Source of the DNA: Flectonema sp. DT1601
Taxonomy: Eukaryota
Assembly: GCA_964019425.1 (NCBI GenBank)
Contig: OZ025791.1
Span: forward strand, 558,001 to 622,000
DNA length: 64,000 nucleotides
Direction: 5' to 3'
Part shown: positions 57,445-64,000 of the stretch, piece after piece
How the letters are laid out: each line of letters opens with the position of its first letter
How positions within the stretch are numbered: position 1 is the stretch's first letter
The notes under the pieces: generated by a model
Told to the model about the DNA's origin: nothing
Seen by the model: only the letters and a program-made list of their open reading frames with translations
The model's database searches: none
Position numbers and translations under genes: made by a program

Positions 57445-59532
57445 CTATTGAGTCGTGTCAATAATTTCTAAATCGACATCTGTTGCTGTTCTCTCCCCAG
57501 TTGATACTTCTCCCCAAGCAACTCGAGCAGCGGATGGATGAGAGCCGCTGGTTGATGTTCTGGCACCGATATCCTCTCTGTCAGTTTTATAGAATTCAGC
57601 GTCTTGATCAACAGTCGAATATCTCTTACTGCGTTCAGTGTCTTCGAGTGCAATACGAAGCTTCTCAGCTTCCAACTGTCGAGAAATAATATCAGCAAGT
57701 GATTGCGGAGCAAAGTGTTGGGAAACATCAGAATCACTATCTTTAAAATAAAGAAATATCAACGACTTACTAAATGTTGATATGGTCCCGATAAGTAAAG
57801 AAGCAATAAAGAAACTACCGACCCACATCGCAATCAGCGGAAACACAGCATACCTAATCTTAGTATCTGTCTTAACAGGAAAGTTAAATTCTCGTAACAG
57901 AACCCAACAAGAGAGTGTTGAAACACTTGGTATGAAGAACCTCACAAGTGAATAGCATGTTTCGGTTGCGAATATTATTGGACCCAGAAGTGCTTTGTGT
58001 GAATAAGATAGCCTTTTAGCCATACAACCTGCTTCAAAGTAACTAACACCACTAACAGCAATAATTACGTAATTAGCGCTATCGATTGGAAGCATTTTTG
58101 ATCCCTTACAACTACTAATCAAATCGTTGAACCATCCAAATAATGTTGAGCAGGCTGATCCTAGTAAGAGGGAACCCAGATGACTGATAAAGGCTCCTCC
58201 TCCTTTGGTTTTTATTCTTTTTGTATCAGAACTTAGAATATCCTCACTGTAGTACCAACTAGAAACCTGAACAGACATTGCCAAACAAGTACTACACCAT
58301 ACGAAGTTTATCACCCAAAGAGCACCCATAAAATTATAAAGCTGCCATAGCTGACTTGTATAACTAAATTCACTGGTAGTGATATTATAAAGCCCTGGGG
58401 TATACGTTGGAATTACACCATTACTATAAACAGGATCAGTAGAGGAATTCATAACCGCTGTGTGTGTTAATATTACTTTATCTCCATGAGACCCAATCAA
58501 CAACATCATAAAAGCAGCAATACCAATCACCAACAGAATTGTTATGCAAGAGCATAGTGAAGTAGTAGCAGGAATCAGTGAAGATGTGAAACACTTTGCT
58601 GATACCTCAGCAACTTCAGTGACAGTAGCGGTTGCTGCTTTACGTAGGACTATCACCATTAAGAATAAATAGGCTACTAGACCTCCAACACAAACGAATC
58701 CGAACACCATTACTATTGTACGCACAGCACTTGATATTGGAGTGAGGTCATCATCAGCATCATCGTAGTAAACGTAAGAACGATAAGCAGAGCCAGCTAA
58801 TACTAATAAGTTTCCAGTTATCGCAATAGTGAAAGTAACGAAAGCATTGACTTGAAAACCAATTGAAAATAAAACTGACAACAAAAAAGAACAACCAACA
58901 GCAGCAGCAACGGTATATCGAGCTGCTGAAATTTCAGTCAGACCAGTGAGAACGATACCACCGAAGAATTGTTCGGTTTCAATAGTTTCGGATTCTAAGT
59001 TAGTGATGGCAACGTTAACACCTGTTGGAGTACATCTGTAGAGAACATCTGATGAGCTGTAGTCAGATATGAAGCAATCACCTGATTGTGATAATATCTC
59101 ACCAAGTGTTTGATTATCACCACATCGATATTCCAATACTCCACCAACTCTTAAATTAATACAACCTCCTGTTGGGATAGCTCTGAGTTCTTCAGATGTT
59201 AATCCCGAAAACTCTTTTCTGCAGACTGTACTTCCAATAGCTGGACAGGTTGAGACACACATCTTTAGCAGTACTTGAGTCTTGTCAGGGATGTAAACGA
59301 TATCACTAGATGGGTGTTTGCTCCCTCCACATGTATCGCCGTTGTAGTCCTTTGGGAGAAGAAGATCGCCTGCATTGCTAGACCAGACTTCCCACACAAT
59401 AAATCCCCAGCCACCCAAAAATAGTAAAAATATTATTACCAATCCAACATCAGTACACTTTCTTCTCTGAACGATATGATGTTGTTGTTCGTCGGGGGCG
59501 TCATCTGCGGTCTCGTGGCGTGACGAGATCAT
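57445..59532 (-). CDS. Choline transporter-like (CTL/SLC44) protein
   Basis: RKCTD, PKDYNGDTCG, CVSTCP, multiple TM helices, NYVIIAVSGVSYFEA. The ATG directly follows a CAG at 59533-59535; the exact start is uncertain. Confidence 0.85.
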   Translation of the reverse strand: MISSRHETADDAPDEQQHHIVQRRKCTDVGLVIIFLLFLGGWGFIVWEVWSSNAGDLLLPKDYNGDTCGGSKHPSSDIVYIPDKTQVLLKMCVSTCPAIGSTVCRKEFSGLTSEELRAIPTGGCINLRVGGVLEYRCGDNQTLGEILSQSGDCFISDYSSSDVLYRCTPTGVNVAITNLESETIETEQFFGGIVLTGLTEISAARYTVAAAVGCSFLLSVLFSIGFQVNAFVTFTIAITGNLLVLAGSAYRSYVYYDDADDDLTPISSAVRTIVMVFGFVCVGGLVAYLFLMVIVLRKAATATVTEVAEVSAKCFTSSLIPATTSLCSCITILLVIGIAAFMMLLIGSHGDKVILTHTAVMNSSTDPVYSNGVIPTYTPGLYNITTSEFSYTSQLWQLYNFMGALWVINFVWCSTCLAMSVQVSSWYYSEDILSSDTKRIKTKGGGAFISHLGSLLLGSACSTLFGWFNDLISSCKGSKMLPIDSANYVIIAVSGVSYFEAGCMAKRLSYSHKALLGPIIFATETCYSLVRFFIPSVSTLSCWVLLREFNFPVKTDTKIRYAVFPLIAMWVGSFFIASLLIGTISTFSKSLIFLYFKDSDSDVSQHFAPQSLADIISRQLEAEKLRIALEDTERSKRYSTVDQDAEFYKTDREDIGARTSTSGSHPSAARVAWGEVSTGERTATDVDLEIIDTTQ

Positions 59533-60012
59533 CTGAATTATTGAAAAAAAGAAAAGATTATTGAGCTTTTTCAAAAAAAAAGAAGAAAAAAAAAACAGCC
59601 ACGTCACTTATATCAGCCTGGATCTTGTGTCCCTGTCATAATCTGAAAAAAGAAAATATAATCATTAGGGATGAAAACCAAAATAGTAGTTAAATACTTA
59701 AATGGTTACTGGTTGCTAATCGGTCCTTATCACTGAAGGAGCAATTTGAGGGAAAGGGTTCTCATTGTTATTATTATTATTATTTTTCTTTCTCCTCTCT
59801 CGTCGTTTTTTTTTTATTTATATTTTTTTTTTTCCTTCCTTAAGAGAAGAATTCACTACTCTCCACAGTCACTAAGTCATGTCACCCGTCTATTATATTT
59901 CTGTTCTTGTTTTACGCGAATAGAAGTTTTGCTCGGCAGTGCCAATTATTTCTAAAGGGGTAAAGCTGTGCAGTCAATGGTACATACGAGAACATTGTTC
60001 TTGTTGTACATT

Positions 60013-60047
<35 letters not shown>

Positions 60048-60832
60048 GACATAAATAAATAAAAACACTCTCAGTCCAGAATGTTTACTTTTTAATTTCT
60101 TTCTCCTTTTCATTTTGTTGGTTAAAACTATGAATAAAGAAAGCACTGCAAGCCATTATTGTTCTAGTCAACGTTGGGTACCAAAGAAGACTAAACAGAA
60201 GGGCGGACAGATGGCAGGGAACCAGTTCCACTCTGCAGATCGTTACACCGAATCTATTCATAGCTTTACCCTTACAGACTGTATTGCTATGTTAAGGTTT
60301 TTTTTTTCTTTTCTTTAATGTTTCAGTAATGCGAAACAGTAGTCGTTTTTTTTTTTTTTTTTTTTTTTTGCCACGATTCACGATAAAGAATTCTTCAATT
60401 AATCTCAGCACCGGGTGGCGGCTTAAAAGGTACCAGAGAGAGAGTTAGGAGACGGGAGAGAGATACGAGGGGACAGTGCTAAATAATCAGTTTTGATTAT
60501 GAAACAGACCTGAGTACACGTGCATAACTCATGCGGACAACAGTCATAAATGTGTGCTTTCCGGGGCATAATAAAATGCACCCCAGAGCTCCTTTATCAT
60601 GTTTTCAACGGCAACCAATATATAAATAAGTTTAGACTTAGTTTAATACAAGGGTTGCAGTCGTGGATCTAAAAACACACATTTACAGTCACCCAACCAA
60701 CAGAAGCAAATAAAAGAAATCTTTAACTGCGAGAAACAATTGCAAGAAGTAATATTCCTTTTTATGTCGAATAGACCCTGTCAGTAGCTGCAATGATTGT
60801 ATAAATCTTTGAGTCGCGAAAAAAAATAAACT

Positions 60833-63800
60833 CTAGTAAAATTCTGAGGTGAGGGATGGATCTGGCTTTCCAATAGCAAACACATCAAAACCAACCTCAC
60901 GAAGGGTGCTAGCGTCTAGAATCGCTCTCCCATCGAATAAAAACGCTGGTTTTTTCATCTTTGCGTAGATGTCCTGAAAGTCAAGAGTCTGTTTGAGTTG
61001 TATTACACAGTCAAAGAGATAATAATAAAAACAGATAAGATTAGATAATCGCATACCTTAAACTCATCCCACTCTGTTAACACAGCAATAGAGTGCGCAT
61101 TATTACAAGCATCGACAGCTGAGCTTTCAACCTTCACGAGTTGCTCAACTCTAGCTCTGACTGAAGGATCTTCAATAAACGCTGTGAGGTCAGCAATGAT
61201 CTGCTCTCTTGGAACCTGTTTTTAATAATTTTATTCAACTACACTTGTTTCATGAATCTAATAACCCTCACTGGTAAAATACGATTACTCTGCATAGGAC
61301 GCTCAGAGACACTTGCCATCTCTTTGGGGATGCCGCAAGGATCATTGACGACGGTCCCGATAACACATGCAGTTGTATTGTTAGGTCTGCTGTCAAGGGT
61401 AAATCGAAACTTAGTAGCAGAGAAAGCGCCGAAGCAACGAGGGTGCTAGAAAGTCGGACAGAGGCAACCTTTTCTGGAGTGGGTCAAAAGTTTGAATCAG
61501 TTGCCAGGCACAGGATAAACACGGCTGAAGAGATGGGGTCGAGTCGATAAGAACGACCGTTGAAGATTTCACGATGAGACAGCAGCTACAGCAACAACAA
61601 ACCGAGACGGTAATGCAGTCTTTAATGGCGGACTCGTTTCACTAAAAACACGGGTAGCAAGGCAAGAGACACAACCTCAGCAACAAGAAGCAGTGAAGAT
61701 GCCGATGTCACCGCCACTATCAAACAAAAAAAGAAATGAGGTAAAACAGATATTTCAGTTCCCTGTGTTGACATCAGTGCGAGAAACAACGAGAGGGTCT
61801 TAAGCTCCGTTAAATGCTTCTCGCTAATAAACACGGACCAGGGTTATGATCATCATTAATCAGGAAAGGTTGGCATCGAACAGAAGAAGTGATGTCTCTC
61901 AAGGGACAAAACAATAAGATCTCGCCAAGCATCCGTGGCATGCAACTCACAGTAATTAGGGCTGCCACCCGGTGTTGCCGGCTGTAAGAAAAATTAATAA
62001 CAAAACTCTCCCGCCCCGTTTCACCCTACAGCACACGGAAAACGATTCTACTGCGACGACAGCGTAGGACGGTGTGGAAGCTAATTACACGAGAAGGGTA
62101 TGTTTCAGTTCCCTGTGTTGACATCAGTGCGAGGAACAACGAGAGGGTCTTAAGCTCCGTTAAATGCTTCTCGCTAATAAACACGGACCAGGGTTATGAT
62201 CATCATTAATCAGGAAAGGTTGGCATCGAACAGAAGAAGTGATGTCTCTCAAGGGACAAAACAATAAGATCTCGCCAAGCATCCGTGGCATGCAACTCAC
62301 AGTAATTAGGGCTGCCACCCGGTGTTGCCGGCTGTAATAAGGATTAATAACAAAACTCTCCCGCCCCGTTTCACCCCACAGCACACGGAAAACGGTTTCT
62401 GCTGCGACGACAGCGTAGGACGGTGTGAATAATATTGGAACACGCACAAGTGTGCAGCTCTATGTTGTAGAAGGAAGAAGATCTCGCCAAGCATCCGTGG
62501 CATGCAACTCACAGTAATTAGGGCTGCCACCCGGTGTTGCCGGCTGTAAGAAAGATTAATAACAAAACTCTCCCGCCCCGTTTCACCCCACAGCACACGG
62601 AAAACGGTTTCTGCTGCGACGACAGCGTAGGACGGTGTGAATAATATTGGAACACGCACAAGTGTACAGCTCTATGTTGTAGAAGGAAGAAGATCTCGCC
62701 AAGCATCCGTGGCAGGCAACTCACAGTAATTAGGGCTGCCACCCGGTGTTGCCGGCTGCAATAAGGATTATTAACAAACTCTCCCGCCCCGTTTCACCCC
62801 ACAGCACACGGGAAACGATTCTACTGCGACGACAGCGTAGGACGGTGTGGAAGCTAATTACACGAGAAGGGTATGTTTCAGTTCCCTGTGTTGACATCAG
62901 TGCGAGGAACAACGAGAGGGTCTTAAGCTCCGTTAAATGCTTCTCGCTAATAAACACGGACCAGGGTTATGATCATCATTAATCAGGAAAGGTTGGCATC
63001 GAACAGAAGAAGTGATGTCTCTCAAGGGACAAAACAATAAGATCTCGCCAAGCATCCGTGGCATGCAACTCACAGTAATTAGGGCTGCCACCCGGTGTTG
63101 CCGGCTGTAATAAGGATTAATAACAAAACTCTCCCGCCCCGTTTCACCCCACAGCACACGGAAAACGGTTTCTGCTGCGACGACAGCGTAGGACGGTGTG
63201 AATAATATTGGAACACGCACAAGTGTACAGCTCTATGTTGTAGAAGGAAGAAGATCTCGCCAAGCATCCGTGGCATGCAACTCACAGTAATTAGGGCTGC
63301 CACCCGGTGTTGCCGGCTGCAATAAGGATTATTAACAAACTCTCCCGCCCCGTTTCACCCCACAGCACACGGAAAACGGTTCTGCTGCGACGACAGCGTA
63401 GGACGGTGGGAATAATATTGACTGCTAGCTAAAAATTAGCAAACTCATGTGATACATACCTTAGGATCGTAAATGTGAACAAATGCTCCCTCTTCAATTA
63501 AAGTAGCGCAGATACTAATAGCACAAGTTTCACGAGTATCACCTGTATCCTTTTTGAAAGCAAATCCCAGAATAGCAATCTTCTTGCCGGATACGGTGTC
63601 GAACATAGTTTGGATCATTTTTTGTGCGAATCTCCTCTTCTGGTACTCGTTGATGTCGATAACGGACTTCCAGTACTGAGCGACCTCTTCAAGACCAAGA
63701 CACTCAGATAGGTAAACAAGGTTTAAGATATCTTTTTGGAAACATGATCCACCAAAACCAACAGAGGCTTGCAAGAACTTTGGTCCAATACGAGTGTCTT

Positions 63801-64000
63801 TACCAACAGCACGTGCGACTTCAGAGACGTCAGCACCAGTTGCTTCACAAACAGCGCTGATAGCGTTAATTGAACTAATTCTCTGAGCTAAGAAAGCATT
63901 AGCAACTAATTTAGAAAGTTCTGAAGACCAGAGATTTGTTCTAATAATTTGTGAGTCAGGTACCCAACTTCTGTAGACTGATGCTAACTTCTCAACAGCT
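60833..64000 (-). CDS. UGDH: UDP-glucose 6-dehydrogenase, 5'-partial (exons >64000-63460, 61215-61057, 60988-60833)
   Basis: [41 protein letters not shown]. Introns 63459-61216 (2244 nt) and 61056-60989. Confidence 0.95.
61751..61860 (-). ncRNA. C/D box snoRNA, U18-like (copy 4)
   Basis: C 61856-61850, D 61758-61755. Confidence 0.85.
61917..61984 (-). ncRNA. Candidate AGA-box RNA H1 (other array-2 copies start at 62267, 62479, 62691, 63040, 63252)
   Basis: Same hairpin plus AGA as in array 1. Confidence 0.6.
62004..62074 (-). ncRNA. Candidate AGA-box RNA H2 (other array-2 copies start at 62354, 62566, 62777, 63127, 63338)
   Basis: Same hairpin plus AGA as in array 1. Confidence 0.62.
62101..62210 (-). 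ncRNA. C/D box snoRNA, U18-like (copy 5)
   Basis: C 62206-62200, D 62108-62105. Confidence 0.8.
62874..62983 (-). ncRNA. C/D box snoRNA, U18-like (copy 6)
   Basis: C 62979-62973, D 62881-62878. Confidence 0.8.

Larger units (their letters stand above)
61749..63420. repeat. Intronic modular tandem array 2 (+ order L-L-S-S-L-S), same units as array 1
   Basis: Period 350 (61755 to 62105) and 212 (62479 to 62691). The array lies inside the UGDH intron. Confidence 0.95.

Noticed and set aside
49254..63303. ORFs inside the repeat arrays ([14 protein letters not shown]...)
   Set aside because: They lie in introns whose removal restores the TPR and UGDH frames; frames shift between copies; no protein signature.
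61749..63420. Arrays as a transposon or SINE
   Set aside because: No terminal inverted repeats, target-site duplication, poly(A) tail or coding capacity seen. The snoRNA boxes explain the conserved parts better.

Overview
AT-rich eukaryotic nuclear DNA. All 24 protein genes I can support lie on the minus strand as one directional cluster. Many have a U-rich AG acceptor just upstream of the ATG, and several have short (64-81 nt) GT-AG cis-introns. Together these point to a euglenozoan, most plausibly a diplonemid-like one (inference). The genes are: LIM protein, tetraspanin, CAMK-type kinase, a hidden two-exon 90-aa membrane protein, PHO80-type cyclin, four-domain EEEE Ca2+ channel, TM-PH protein, WD40/coiled-coil protein, bacterial-type crotonase with PTS1, TRAF-like protein, metacaspase, isovaleryl-CoA dehydrogenase, CEP76, a hypothetical protein, LRR/coiled-coil protein, ankyrin-CAAX protein, F-box/WD40, PPR-like protein, EF-hand sensor, TPR protein, SAM-DysF-GRAM-VASt protein, TauE, CTL/SLC44 and a partial UDP-glucose dehydrogenase. 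The main observation is that the only two long introns (TPR gene 49116-50704; UGDH 61216-63459) carry near-identical modular tandem arrays of 350-bp and ~212-bp units. Read in the host sense, these arrays look like polycistronic snoRNA clusters: a U18/snR18-like C/D guide (6 copies) and two single-hairpin AGA-box pseudouridylation-guide-like RNAs (11 copies each). The same amplified cassette therefore sits in introns of two unrelated hosts.
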